In this document: in pieces, positions 28,065-38,055 of the stretch
Numbering within the stretch: position 1 is the first letter of the stretch
Layout: the number at the start of each line of letters is the position of its first letter
DNA from: an uncultured Candidatus Saccharibacteria bacterium
GTDB taxonomy: Bacteria; Patescibacteriota; Saccharimonadia; Saccharimonadales; Saccharimonadaceae
DNA: 64,000 bases
Assembly (NCBI GenBank): GCA_964602775.1
Contig: CAZRRY010000001.1
Coordinates: forward strand, 75,585-139,584
Direction: 5' to 3'
The notes under the pieces: model-generated
Told to the model about the DNA's origin: nothing
What the model saw: the letters and a program-made list of their open reading frames with translations, nothing else
Database searches by the model: none
Translations under genes and position numbers: made by a program

Positions 28065-29573
28065 CTAGAGCCTTGCTTCAGGGTAAAGTTCCCTTGTCGT
28101 AGCATCAACTTCGGCACGTAGCTGCGGAAATGGCACGCCTTCTCGCGCTGTCACGCCTTCAAAAATCCAGAACACTCGCTCGCTAAACCCAAGCCCACAG
28201 GCAGGCGGCATGCCGTACTCGAGCATCTCAACAAAATCGATATCCAGCATCATGGCTTCCTCGTCCCCGGCGTCGCGCATACTTTGCTGCTCGACGAAGC
28301 GCTGGTACTGTTCTTGTGGGTCATTCAGCTCACTAAACATGTTGCAGAGTTCGCTGCCAGCGATGACGACTTGCGCGCGCTGGGTAATTTCCGGGCGGTC
28401 AGGATGTGCTTTTGATAGTGGTGAAATAAATGTCGGCGTGTTGATGAGCCAAATCGGTCCAGCGACATCTTTACGAATATGCTTCCACAACTTATCGATA
28501 CCCCGTGCTTTGTTGTCGATTTTCTCGACCTCGAGTTTGTTATCTTTGAGCGCCTGCTGCACTTGCTCAAGTGTACAGTCAAACGGATCGATGCCGTACC
28601 GCTTTTCGATCGTCTCGGCATAATCCCAGCGCTCCCACTCACCCTCTAGATTGATCTCAAAATCACCCAGCTTGAACTGTAATGTCCCAAATGTCTCTTG
28701 TAGTACGAATTTGAACATCTCTTCCTGAAAGGCGATGCCGTCCTGCCAATCTGCATAGGCCCAATACCACTCCATCGCCACATGCTCTGGCAGGTGCTCA
28801 TCGCTATAGTTTTCATTGCGGAATCGCGGCCCAACGTCATATACTTTTTCAAACCCTGCACCAAGCAGGCGCTTCAGCGGCAATTCATGGCTAATACGCA
28901 GATAGAAATCTTGGTCGAGCGCGTCCATGTGCGTCACGAACGGATTGGCATCCGCCCCACCTGTGGTGTGCTCCAGTACCGGAATGTTCACCTCAACAAA
29001 CCCCCGTGCATCAAGGAAGTTCCTTGTGGCACTCCAGAATTTTGCCCGGCGCACGAAACGCTCGCGCACGTCACGGTTGACGTTCATATCGACATAGCGA
29101 CGCCTGAAGCGCTCTTCTTTGTCAGTAAAGCCTTCCTGATCGGTCGGCATGGGGCGTAGGCTCTTGGTCAAAAGTCGTAAACGACGCACATCGATACTGA
29201 CTTCACCTGTTTTTGTTCGTATCACAGGGCCAGTTGCTTCGATAAAATCACCAGGGTCAAGTAAATTTAATTGCTCCATACCGAGCTGAGAGGTCGCTGC
29301 GTTCAGCGGCTCAACCGTATCACTTTTCAAAAACAACTGCACTTGCCCGCTCATATCGCGCAGTACCAAAAACGCTAATTTGCCAAATTTTCGCGTGGCA
29401 GCAATCCGACCAGCCACCGTCACAACTTCACCTTCAAGTTCATCAAACCGTTGCACAACTTCGGCAATCGCATGGGTCCGCGTCACCTCTGCTGGGTATG
29501 GATTGACACCCAGGCCCTGCAAATCATTCAATTTTCTGAGGCGCTCATCGCGCAGTTCTTTTAGTGTCGCCAT
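28065..29573 (-). CDS. lysS: Lysine--tRNA ligase (class II)
   Basis: RFRRRYVD, GGADANPF, YLRISHEL, FRNE, GMPPACGLG. Confidence 0.97.
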   Translation of the reverse strand: MATLKELRDERLRKLNDLQGLGVNPYPAEVTRTHAIAEVVQRFDELEGEVVTVAGRIAATRKFGKLAFLVLRDMSGQVQLFLKSDTVEPLNAATSQLGMEQLNLLDPGDFIEATGPVIRTKTGEVSIDVRRLRLLTKSLRPMPTDQEGFTDKEERFRRRYVDMNVNRDVRERFVRRAKFWSATRNFLDARGFVEVNIPVLEHTTGGADANPFVTHMDALDQDFYLRISHELPLKRLLGAGFEKVYDVGPRFRNENYSDEHLPEHVAMEWYWAYADWQDGIAFQEEMFKFVLQETFGTLQFKLGDFEINLEGEWERWDYAETIEKRYGIDPFDCTLEQVQQALKDNKLEVEKIDNKARGIDKLWKHIRKDVAGPIWLINTPTFISPLSKAHPDRPEITQRAQVVIAGSELCNMFSELNDPQEQYQRFVEQQSMRDAGDEEAMMLDIDFVEMLEYGMPPACGLGFSERVFWIFEGVTAREGVPFPQLRAEVDATTRELYPEARL

Positions 29574-29626
29574 TGTCCGTTGTTCCGCTAGGTTGTTTAC
29601 TAGAGATTAGTATAGCATACGAAAGA

Positions 29627-29658
29627 CCAAAAGACCCCGCTGCTGCGAGGTCTTTTGG
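29627..29658 (-). terminator. Intrinsic terminator after greA
   Basis: CCAAAAGACC...GGTCTTTTGG hairpin. Confidence 0.75.
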
Positions 29659-29673
29659 GCGGACTGTTGTTGC

Positions 29674-30126
29674 CTACGAGATGCTGATGATAGTGTAGGT
29701 TGTTTCGCCTTTTGGCGTTGTGATCGTGGCATGATCGCCGACAGCTTTATCGAGTAGCGCGACACCAAGCGGTGACTCATTACTGATTTTGCCATTGAGC
29801 GGATCGGCTTCGACGGGACCGACGATATGATAGACGACTGTCTTGCCGTTTTTGATCTCGACCGTACTGCCAAGCTGTACTTTGTTCGATTTCTTGGCCT
29901 TGATCTCTTCGGCATTCATCAAAATATCTTCGATCTCTGCAATTCTGGTCTCGACGAGCCCCTGCTCTTCGCGGGCGCTATCATACTCTGCGTTCTCTGT
30001 CAGATCACCATAATCTCGTGCTTCTGCAATCTTCTCGGCAATATCGCCGCGGCGACCTTTCAATTCAGCAAGCTCCGCTTCGAGCTCGGCGCGGCCTTGT
30101 GCTGTGATTTGGTATGCTTTTTTCAT
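29674..30126 (-). CDS. greA: Transcription elongation factor GreA
   Basis: AEARDYGDLTENAEY, ISNESPLG. Confidence 0.97.
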   Translation of the reverse strand: MKKAYQITAQGRAELEAELAELKGRRGDIAEKIAEARDYGDLTENAEYDSAREEQGLVETRIAEIEDILMNAEEIKAKKSNKVQLGSTVEIKNGKTVVYHIVGPVEADPLNGKISNESPLGVALLDKAVGDHATITTPKGETTYTIISIS

Positions 30127-30214
30127 AGTTGTTACCTCTTTTCAAATCGAGCCCCGCGGAAGGACCTAGCTTACTTTGCAACTAGTGTTTCTAACCCCTC
30201 CAAGACTGCTCAAG

Positions 30215-31453
30215 TTAGCTCAGTTTAGCAAGTAATTCGTCGTGCGTCAAGAGTACCGTTTCGCCTGTATTTCTTGGGGTCAATTCATACTTCTGCTCTT
30301 GTATCAACCGGTCACTCACCGTCACTCGATACGGGATTCCTAGCAGCTCTGCGTCGGCAAATTTTGTCCCTGGACGCTCATCACGGTCATCGTAGAGCAC
30401 TTCCACGCCCTTGTCTTGCAGGGCTTTATACAGTTGCTCTGCTGTCTCGACAGACGCTTTGCCAATCTGCACCAGGTACACCTTGTATGGCGCAATCGCT
30501 TCCGGCCAAACGATACCTTTTTCGTCAGAAAATTTCTCGACAATCACACCCATAGCACGCGTAATACCAATCCCATACGATCCAAGGTAGACCGGCTTCT
30601 CAGTGCCATCTTTGTCAGTAAAATACAACCCCATTTCCTCACCCTTTTGGGAACCAAAGTTAAAGATATTGCCAGACTCAGCCGACTTGATATGCTCCAT
30701 CTCCTCTTTGGCAACTCCCAGTTCTTGCACGGCATCATCGAGCACCTCTTCGTTGACACCTAGGTTTTTGTCTCGATGCAAATAAATATAGTCTTCTCCC
30801 GCATCGCAAATTGTTTGAAACTCATGGCTAAATTTGGTAAACGCTCCCCCGCTCGCAAACGTCACATAGGTCTCATCACCAATCCCCAGTCGCCCATAGA
30901 CCTTCTTGTAGGCCTCAATCGTCTTTTCGTAGTAGTCAGCTAAATCCTCAGCCGATGCATGAAACGAATACATGTCTTTCATTACAAATTCACGCCCACG
31001 CATGACGCCACTTTTGGCACGTAGCTCATTGCGCATCTTTGTCTGGAACTGGTAGAGACTCACTGGCAGATCTTTGTAGCTCTGGATATACTGCTGCATC
31101 ATATCAACAATCGGCTCTTCGTGCGTCCACCCAAACCCTACTTCGGTACCGTCTTGGAGGGCAGATTTAAACCACACGTCGACTTTATCGTCACTCCACC
31201 GCCCAGATTTCTCCCAGACAGCTTTGTTTTGAAGGCTGGTCATGATGAGTTCCTGGCTATCGATTGCGTCCATCTCTTCGCGAACAATTTGTTTGATCTT
31301 TTCAAGCACCCGTAGTCCCAGCGGCAAGTACGAATATGCCCCCGCCATCTCTTTGTAGACATACCCGGCACGGATCAATAACTGGGCGTTTTTTGCCACC
31401 TCATCGGCTGGCGCTTGTTTGCTTGTTTTGGTGAATAACTTTGATACTCGCAT
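30215..31453 (-). CDS. proS: Proline--tRNA ligase (short form without editing insertion)
   Basis: LLIRAGY, QFQTKMRNELR, MRGREFVMKDMYSF, GSYGIGITR. Confidence 0.95.
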   Translation of the reverse strand: MRVSKLFTKTSKQAPADEVAKNAQLLIRAGYVYKEMAGAYSYLPLGLRVLEKIKQIVREEMDAIDSQELIMTSLQNKAVWEKSGRWSDDKVDVWFKSALQDGTEVGFGWTHEEPIVDMMQQYIQSYKDLPVSLYQFQTKMRNELRAKSGVMRGREFVMKDMYSFHASAEDLADYYEKTIEAYKKVYGRLGIGDETYVTFASGGAFTKFSHEFQTICDAGEDYIYLHRDKNLGVNEEVLDDAVQELGVAKEEMEHIKSAESGNIFNFGSQKGEEMGLYFTDKDGTEKPVYLGSYGIGITRAMGVIVEKFSDEKGIVWPEAIAPYKVYLVQIGKASVETAEQLYKALQDKGVEVLYDDRDERPGTKFADAELLGIPYRVTVSDRLIQEQKYELTPRNTGETVLLTHDELLAKLS

Positions 31454-31484
31454 AATCCTCCTAGTATACAGGGCCTGGGCTGCG

Positions 31485-32225
31485 TTAGCCAGTCATCGAC
31501 TGCGCGGCGATAAACACAAACCAAAACGCCACCGCATTTTTGAGGATATGAAGTACGATACCTGGCCAAATCGTCCCAGTCATCTCGCGCAAGTAGCAGG
31601 CCACCATCGACAGGCAAAATACGTCCATCCCGACATTCCATTGTCCATGCGCCGCGCCAAACAGCACACTGACCACTACTGCAACCACCCACTGGTTCAT
31701 GCGACTCTTGCGAAGTTCTGCGTAGAGCATGCCGCGAAAAAGTAGTTCTTCAAATATCGGCGTCAGGATTACCAGCACGACATACGCCATTAGTAATTCA
31801 CTACCGTACAGTCGAGTTGAAATGCCCAGATTTTGCGTCTCGGAACCATTAAATCCAGGCACAAACTGCAGTCCATACTGTGTCACTAGTGTGATAAGCA
31901 GGTAGACGACCACGCCAGCCAGCGCCAGGCCAATATCACTAAAGCCAAGCACGCGGCCCAGACCCATCTGTTCAAGTGTCAGTATCTTCCGTTTGAGTAG
32001 CAAAAACGGTACACCAACAAACAGTCCAGCCATACACACATACATCACCAGCCGAAAGATAAGATTGCCGACCGTCGTCTCTACCGACCATGCCACGCCA
32101 GCTGACTGCAGCGCCACGAGCAGCCCACTTGCGAGCAGCGCGCCCAGCACAAAACACAGCACAAAGCAAACGACCCACAGCAGCCAGATCACCCATCGTT
32201 GCTTGAGGTGCACTCCCACCATCAT
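31485..32225 (-). CDS. CPBP (Abi/CAAX) intramembrane metalloprotease
   Basis: PIFEELLFRG, LFGAAH, GIVLHILKN. Confidence 0.9.
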   Translation of the reverse strand: MMVGVHLKQRWVIWLLWVVCFVLCFVLGALLASGLLVALQSAGVAWSVETTVGNLIFRLVMYVCMAGLFVGVPFLLLKRKILTLEQMGLGRVLGFSDIGLALAGVVVYLLITLVTQYGLQFVPGFNGSETQNLGISTRLYGSELLMAYVVLVILTPIFEELLFRGMLYAELRKSRMNQWVVAVVVSVLFGAAHGQWNVGMDVFCLSMVACYLREMTGTIWPGIVLHILKNAVAFWFVFIAAQSMTG

Positions 32226-32233
32226 AATGTCGC

Positions 32234-33394
32234 CTAGCGGAACTTCCCGATATCAGCAATCGTAATCAGCACCACAAGACCCATTAGCACCATAAAGCCC
32301 GTGCCATGAATCTTCTCTTCGAGTTCTTTTGTCAGTGGCTTTTTGAGCACACGAAACAGCGCAGTCACAAACCAGCGACCACCATCGAGCGCGGGAATAG
32401 GCAGGATATTCATGACGGCGAGCGTCAGCGAAATGATTGCTGCCAACATCAACACATGGGTCGGCCCCGCTTTTTCGGCTGCAGGGAAAATCACTCCAAA
32501 AATACCGACTGGCCCCGCCACGTTGTCGCCAATCGCAGCCAGTTTTTTGTCAGCCTCAGCACGCTGTGACTGTGAGCCGACGACTTTCGTCACAAGTCCC
32601 GTCACTGTGTCGCCCACCATGCCACCGAGACTCTCGACCGTCACCCACGACAACTGGGCAGTTGTCGCGACACCTACAATCGGTGCCGACCAGGTCGAAC
32701 GCAGCAACTCTTGCTGGGCCGGGCGAGCACCCATATAGCCCTTGTGGTCATCGTTGTTTGCACGCATTGCTACTGTTGCTGTGTGCTCGACGTCTGCTCT
32801 TGAGTAAATGATTTCCACACTCTTGCCTTTGTTATCGGCGGCGATGCGCGAGAGGTCGCTCGGACTGCGCAGGGGCGCACCGTTGACGCGCAGTATTTTG
32901 TCGCCTTGTTGCAAGCCAGCTTTTGCAGCCGGCATATCTGGTGAGACACCGACGAGCTCGACAGGTTGCTGTACCTGTCTGGTATCTCCGGGCATCGTAA
33001 ACTGATCTGGGAGAATCTTTGGCATACCAACTGCCGCCAAGATACTCAGCAGCACTGCTGCAGTGAGCCAGTTCATCGCCACACCCGCTAGCAAGATCTG
33101 CGTCTTCTGCCAAAACGTCACCGCACCGTAGTCGCCTTTTTTGTGGGCAGCATCATTTTCACCCTGCAACTTGACAAAGCCACCGAGTGGTAGCCAGTTG
33201 ATACTAAAGAGGACGTTGTTGCCGAGTATGCTGTGCGCGACTTTTTTACCCCACGCTTTTGGTGGAAACCCTACGCCAAACTCTTCGACCACTACCCCAT
33301 ACCGTTTTGCCACCAGTGCGTGCCCAAGCTCGTGCACTACCACCAAAATCGTCAGCACAATTACCCCTATCACAATCCCCGCGATCAGTTCCAT
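32234..33394 (-). CDS. rseP: RseP-like site-2 protease (M50, PDZ)
   Basis: HELGH, PLGGFV, NILPIPALDGG. Confidence 0.92.
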   Translation of the reverse strand: MELIAGIVIGVIVLTILVVVHELGHALVAKRYGVVVEEFGVGFPPKAWGKKVAHSILGNNVLFSINWLPLGGFVKLQGENDAAHKKGDYGAVTFWQKTQILLAGVAMNWLTAAVLLSILAAVGMPKILPDQFTMPGDTRQVQQPVELVGVSPDMPAAKAGLQQGDKILRVNGAPLRSPSDLSRIAADNKGKSVEIIYSRADVEHTATVAMRANNDDHKGYMGARPAQQELLRSTWSAPIVGVATTAQLSWVTVESLGGMVGDTVTGLVTKVVGSQSQRAEADKKLAAIGDNVAGPVGIFGVIFPAAEKAGPTHVLMLAAIISLTLAVMNILPIPALDGGRWFVTALFRVLKKPLTKELEEKIHGTGFMVLMGLVVLITIADIGKFR

Positions 33395-34081
33395 CTATCC
33401 TCCAAATCGACGCCCACGTCGTTTATATTCATTTAGTATATCTTCTACGTCCTGCTTTGTCATGTCTGGCCAAAATTTGTCGAGAAACAATAGTTCGCTA
33501 TAGGCACTTCGCCACAACATAAAATTACTCAACCTCTGTTCGCCACCAGTGCGGACGATAAGATCACAGGGCGGAAGTGCCTCCTCGTAAAGATTCGACT
33601 GTATCAACTCAGGAGTGACCTCGCTTTCTGAAACGCCACTTTGAACAATTTTTTTGCACGCATCTGCCAGCTCTTGCTGGCCACCATAGTTCAGGCACAG
33701 TGCCAACGTCCCGCCAGTATTACCAGCTGTTTCGGTCGTTGCATGGTCGATCGCTGCCAGTACTTTATCGCTCAGTCGATCGCGATTGCCGAGCACCACG
33801 ATGCGAATATTCTCATCTTGAAATCTCTTTAGTTTGGTTTTCAGTATTCGCACCAGAAGCGTCATGAGCTTTGAGACTTCTTGCTTGCTTCGTTTCCAGT
33901 TCTCGGTGCTAAACACGTAGGCGCTCACATACGGTACACCCGCACTTACCGTCTCGAGCAAGACAGTCTCGAGTGCTTTTTCTCCTGCATAGTGCCCCTC
34001 CCATGGTTTCAGGCCTCGCTGTTCAGCCCAGCGCCGATTACCGTCAACGATGTAGCCGATATGCTGTGGTAGGTCACTCAT
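33395..34081 (-). CDS. uppS: Undecaprenyl diphosphate synthase
   Basis: HIGYIVDGNRRWA, FSTENWKRS, NYGGQ, RTGGEQRLSNF. Confidence 0.96.
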   Translation of the reverse strand: MSDLPQHIGYIVDGNRRWAEQRGLKPWEGHYAGEKALETVLLETVSAGVPYVSAYVFSTENWKRSKQEVSKLMTLLVRILKTKLKRFQDENIRIVVLGNRDRLSDKVLAAIDHATTETAGNTGGTLALCLNYGGQQELADACKKIVQSGVSESEVTPELIQSNLYEEALPPCDLIVRTGGEQRLSNFMLWRSAYSELLFLDKFWPDMTKQDVEDILNEYKRRGRRFGG

Positions 34082-34467
34082 GGGCGCGCTCCGCGCGTAG
34101 AGCTTGGATCTTGGAGCTTAGATCTTAGAGCACGACCAAGGGCTGTCAGCATTCTCGCAACCACCTCAGTATCTTGACGTATATTGCTTGTATTGATTGC
34201 ATAGATTCGTTCAACAAGCTCTAATTGTGTTTCTAGCTCAGCAATCGATCCCTGTGCTATAGAAGTAAAGTGCACTGTCTCCGCGCGGCTAGTCCTCTTT
34301 TGACCTTCGGCGATATTGGATGGCACAGAAACCGCAGCACGTCGTAGCTGGTCAGCCAATCCAAACTGCTCATATTTCGGAAGCTGACTGCAAATGGAAT
34401 ACACGCCGACAGCTACATCCATCGCACGCTGCCAGACTTGTAAATCTTTGTATGAATTCGTTGCCAT
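34078..34467 (-). CDS. Four helix bundle protein (23S rRNA IVS family, Avd-related fold)
   Basis: YKDLQVWQRAM, QLRRAAVSVPSNIAEG, GSIAELETQL. Confidence 0.95.
   Translation of the reverse strand: MATNSYKDLQVWQRAMDVAVGVYSICSQLPKYEQFGLADQLRRAAVSVPSNIAEGQKRTSRAETVHFTSIAQGSIAELETQLELVERIYAINTSNIRQDTEVVARMLTALGRALRSKLQDPSSTRGARP
34105..34129. repeat. Left arm of the heptamer-periodic inverted repeat around the four-helix gene
   Basis: TGGATCTTGGAGCTTAGATCTTAGA; matches the reverse complement of 34478-34502 at 24/25 positions. Confidence 0.9.
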
Positions 34468-34470
34468 AAT

Positions 34471-34502
34471 TCCAAGATCTAAGATCTAAGCTCCAAGATC
34501 TA
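34471..34502. repeat. Right arm of the heptamer-periodic inverted repeat
   Basis: TCCAAGA TCTAAGA TCTAAGC TCCAAGA TCTA. Confidence 0.9.
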
Positions 34503-34511
34503 TTCTGACGC

Positions 34512-35066
34512 TTACAGCGTCAAAATATCCCTCTCCTTACCCTTGAATGCCTCTTCGATCTTGCCCTGGTACTCGCCCATTAGCCGATCAAATTCTTTCT
34601 CTACCATCTTCAGCTCGTCTTCGGATAGCTCTTTGGCTTCTTTCTTGCCCTTGGCGTCCTTGAGTCCATCTTGGCGGATTGTGCGCATCGCAATCCGTGC
34701 TTCTTCGCCCTTATCACTTGCCTGCCTGACGAGTTGTTTGCGCCGCTCCTCTGTGAGTGCGGGGATCGGAATGCGCACCACTCGGCCGTCATCGCTCGGG
34801 TTGAGACCCAAACTCTGGTCGTTGCGAATCGCCGCCGCAATTTTCTGGATATTACTTGGGTCAAATGGCGTGATTTGCAGTAGTTGTGCTTCTGGAGCTG
34901 TAATATTCGCCACTTGGTTGAGCGGCGTCTCTACCCCATAGGCCTCTACTTTAATCCCGTCCAACATACCAGGGTGTGCACGCCCCGTACGGATTTTGCC
35001 CAGCTCGCCCTCAAAGTGCTCGAGCACACCTGACATTCGTAATTCGTAATTATCTGTATCAAACAT
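34512..35066 (-). CDS. frr: Ribosome recycling factor
   Basis: IRTGRAHP, IPALTEERRK, ARIAMRTIR. Confidence 0.97.
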   Translation of the reverse strand: MFDTDNYELRMSGVLEHFEGELGKIRTGRAHPGMLDGIKVEAYGVETPLNQVANITAPEAQLLQITPFDPSNIQKIAAAIRNDQSLGLNPSDDGRVVRIPIPALTEERRKQLVRQASDKGEEARIAMRTIRQDGLKDAKGKKEAKELSEDELKMVEKEFDRLMGEYQGKIEEAFKGKERDILTL

Positions 35067-35186
35067 ATATCACCTCTTTCTTTATGACTTATTATACAGT
35101 TTCTCTCAGGATATAACGATATTGTATTAGTTTTTGCCTGCAAGGGCAGCTGAGAATTTCGTCGTTGTTTCGCGTATACTAATACT

Positions 35187-36263
35187 ATGTCTGTCAAGGA
35201 AATTCGGGTGCACGGGGTGCGCCCGTACGAGTTGTTTCGTGTGGTGCTCGATGAGCATATAACACTTGTATTGGGTCTGAACGGTAGCGGCAAAACCACC
35301 CTGCTTGAAGCGCTCTACTACATGGCGCAGGGCACGAGTTTTCGTGGCCGCGACCGAGATATGATTGCACATACGAGTAGTCGTGCCGATATTCTCCAGA
35401 TCGAAACAAGTGGCGACGAGCGCCGTGCATCGCTTCAGGAACAAGCCGATGACAAAGTAAAAAAATCATTTACCATCGACGGCAAAACCACCCTTCGCAT
35501 GCCGGCAAAGCACCGCCAACCGGTGGTACTGTTTGAGCCGGACGAGCTTCGTCTCATCAGTAGCTCCCCTGAGCGGCGGCGTAAGTTTTTTGATGGAATC
35601 TTGACTCGTCTCTATCCACACTACGCATCGGTACTGTCGCGCTACCAGCGCGTACTGATGCAGCGCAACGAGCTCCTCAAGCAACGAGAATCGATCGACA
35701 CTATGACCTGGGAATCACAACTCTTTGTCTGGGATATCAAGCTGGCCGAGCTTGCCGCGACGATTACAACCATGCGGCGCGAATTTATCGTCACCAGCAA
35801 CACCCACCTGGGCAAACTGTACTCTGGGCTAGCCAGTAGCACCCACCATGTAACCGTCAACTATGTCTCGAGCGTGCCAGCAGACAACTACCGCCAGGCG
35901 CTCATCACTCGCCTCTCAGCCCACCGACTCAGCGACAGCTACAAGGGGTACACCAGCAGCGGTCCTCACCGCGATGATTTTTCCGTGCAACTCGATGGCT
36001 ATCCTGCCAGCGAAACCGCCAGTCGTGGCGAAATGCGCAGCATCATGCTCGCCTATAAATTGCTCGAGATCGAGCTTCAAAAAGAAGTCTACGGTCAGCC
36101 ACCGCTTATCCTCATGGACGATGTCTTTAGCGAGCTCGATGTCACCCGAGAACAGCAACTTATGCAAGCGCTCTCTGAGTACCAGACAGTCATTACTGCT
36201 ACCGATCTGCGCGACGAGCTAACGATCAACGCCCGTGTCATTACGCTCGATAATCGAACTTAG
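35187..36263 (+). CDS. recF: DNA replication and repair protein RecF
   Basis: GLNGSGKTTLLEA, VLFEP, GPHRDD, SRGEMRS, MDDVFSELD. Confidence 0.93.
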   Translation: MSVKEIRVHGVRPYELFRVVLDEHITLVLGLNGSGKTTLLEALYYMAQGTSFRGRDRDMIAHTSSRADILQIETSGDERRASLQEQADDKVKKSFTIDGKTTLRMPAKHRQPVVLFEPDELRLISSSPERRRKFFDGILTRLYPHYASVLSRYQRVLMQRNELLKQRESIDTMTWESQLFVWDIKLAELAATITTMRREFIVTSNTHLGKLYSGLASSTHHVTVNYVSSVPADNYRQALITRLSAHRLSDSYKGYTSSGPHRDDFSVQLDGYPASETASRGEMRSIMLAYKLLEIELQKEVYGQPPLILMDDVFSELDVTREQQLMQALSEYQTVITATDLRDELTINARVITLDNRT

Positions 36264-36931
36264 TTTATCTGTGCAACTCCGAGCAGCGACGCACGTCGGT
36301 CATAGCCAGCTTTGAGCCGAAATACGTTACGAAAGTCCCGCGCCATATCAGGCACCTCTTCGTAGGCATGTGCATCAAAAATCATCCACACGTCGACTGG
36401 GTAATGCGGTAGTTGCTCAGAATACGGCTGCAGCGTATGATACAGGCGGAACACCGCCGCCGTGCTGTGATAGTTGATAAACGGCAAAAACTCCAGTGCT
36501 CGTATGACCGGCTCTTCTCGGGTATCACCCCGTATTGGCAGCCCACCAGTGTCGCGAATATGTTTCACAAATGCCGCCCGACCAGATTCATCGACATGTT
36601 CTCGTGACCGCACGCCATACACCAAAATCTCTTGGTATATGTAGCGGTGCAAAAACACGACATCTAGGTAGCGCGAGATCTCATAGGTTTTGACAACCTT
36701 TGGCCCCATACCAACAAACGGATTACTGCCGAAATCATACTGATACGCCGGGATGTTCAGACGGATAATTCCATCACCGTCCTCCGCTAATGTATCCCTC
36801 AGCTGAGCGAGCTCGTCTTCGACATCTTTTTTGTTATCGATACGTTCATGGTCTGCAAACACTTCACTCTCGTACCGCAAATCAACATCTTTGATGTCGG
36901 GATTTTTCTCAAATGCAGGTATCTCTGCCAT
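36260..36931 (-). CDS. Hypothetical protein (223 aa), probably co-transcribed with the deaminase
   Basis: Starts 6 nt after the deaminase stop; no recognised domain. Confidence 0.7.
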   Translation of the reverse strand: MAEIPAFEKNPDIKDVDLRYESEVFADHERIDNKKDVEDELAQLRDTLAEDGDGIIRLNIPAYQYDFGSNPFVGMGPKVVKTYEISRYLDVVFLHRYIYQEILVYGVRSREHVDESGRAAFVKHIRDTGGLPIRGDTREEPVIRALEFLPFINYHSTAAVFRLYHTLQPYSEQLPHYPVDVWMIFDAHAYEEVPDMARDFRNVFRLKAGYDRRASLLGVAQIN

Positions 36932-36937
36932 ATCTCC

Positions 36938-37963
36938 CTATGATACCAGAGCCTGTAGCCGTCCGCGATCTGAGAGGTGCAGCACCTTCAGGCCATTGGT
37001 GCTTGCCATTGCGGCTAGTGTATCAAAGTCAAAATCGGCCGAGCCAAACAAATGGTTCGCCTCAATCGCAAGCCACAGCTCCTTCTCCATATCGCCATCA
37101 CTATAAGGCTTGTAGATATCCTGAATGTTATCTGTCCCAAGCGCCACTGGCACGCCCGCACGAAGCAGCTCATCGACAGGCGCCATAGCATTGTGGGTAG
37201 GCGCCAGCACCTCACTTCGCCGGCTATCGATCCAGGCTGACGGGCAGACAATCACCGACGCATCGACTTCTCGCATACGCTCATAGATCATAGAGCGATA
37301 TGCCTGCGGCTGAGCAGCCAGCGAAATCGAATGGATGAGGCTTAATCTACCGATTAGCCCAGCATCTTTCACTTTGCGAAGTATCATCTCGGTGTCGCGC
37401 TGATTTGGGTCATTCATCTGGTCAGCATGAACGTGCAGTGGCTTGTCGTGCTCGAGTACGAGCTCAATCAGTCGATCGACATGCTCCTCACCCCTGCCAT
37501 GATCTCGCTCGTCACGCTCTGGTAGCCCACCGATAATATCGACAAACTCTGCAGAACGTTTGAACCAGGTATACTCGACAGGATCGATCACACCCTTCAG
37601 CGGTTGGCTCGCGTAGACAATCTCGATGTCACCCTTGTACTCTTCTCGAATCCTATCGGCTGCCACCAGCGCCCTATCCTCTACGACACTGTCACAGTCG
37701 ATGAATGAGCACAGTGCCTGTGCGCCCTGAGCCAGCTGACTCTCAACCGCCAAACGCATGCGCCGCTCGATGTCTTTGACCGTTGCACCGCGCTTCATTG
37801 CATCGACAAAATCCCATTTTTCCTGAAGCGTGGCGTTCGTCAGCCGCCAATTCTCGGGCGTAACAGTAAACGCACGGTCGATATGCATATGAGTATTCAC
37901 CCAACCGCCTCGTTGCTTCACTGCCGCCAGCAGTTGCTTCTTTGGCCAGCCTGGTTCTGCCAT
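36938..37963 (-). CDS. Amidohydrolase-superfamily deaminase (CodA-like)
   Basis: HMHIDRAF metal motif, HVHADQ, IHSISL, LGTDNIQD; AGGAGG SD 6 nt before the ATG at 37963. Confidence 0.85.
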   Translation of the reverse strand: MAEPGWPKKQLLAAVKQRGGWVNTHMHIDRAFTVTPENWRLTNATLQEKWDFVDAMKRGATVKDIERRMRLAVESQLAQGAQALCSFIDCDSVVEDRALVAADRIREEYKGDIEIVYASQPLKGVIDPVEYTWFKRSAEFVDIIGGLPERDERDHGRGEEHVDRLIELVLEHDKPLHVHADQMNDPNQRDTEMILRKVKDAGLIGRLSLIHSISLAAQPQAYRSMIYERMREVDASVIVCPSAWIDSRRSEVLAPTHNAMAPVDELLRAGVPVALGTDNIQDIYKPYSDGDMEKELWLAIEANHLFGSADFDFDTLAAMASTNGLKVLHLSDRGRLQALVS

Positions 37964-37986
37964 CTTCATCCTCCTTTTTGCCACAT

Positions 37987-38015
37987 AAAAAAACAACCCG
38001 TCAGGCGGGTTGTTT
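37987..38015 (-). terminator. Intrinsic terminator in the 5' leader of the deaminase
   Basis: AAACAACCCG-cctga-CGGGTTG followed by T7, ending about 24 nt before the start codon. Confidence 0.85.
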
Positions 38016-38047
38016 CATAGGGCAATGATTTCTCTTAGTTTTTGCAT
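38015..38047 (-). other. Putative leader ORF MQKLREIIAL*
   Basis: ATG at 38047, 8 nt after the -10 box; the TGA overlaps the terminator 5' arm. Confidence 0.45.
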
Positions 38048-38055
38048 CGTTTGTT

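Noticed and set aside
34078-34467. Diversity-generating retroelement (Avd-like gene)
   Set aside because: No reverse transcriptase and no TR/VR pair seen in the window
36938-37963. The deaminase as the source of the C-to-T nonsense lesions (DNA/RNA editing)
   Set aside because: It is an amidohydrolase TIM-barrel type acting on free small molecules, not a CDA/APOBEC-fold polynucleotide deaminase
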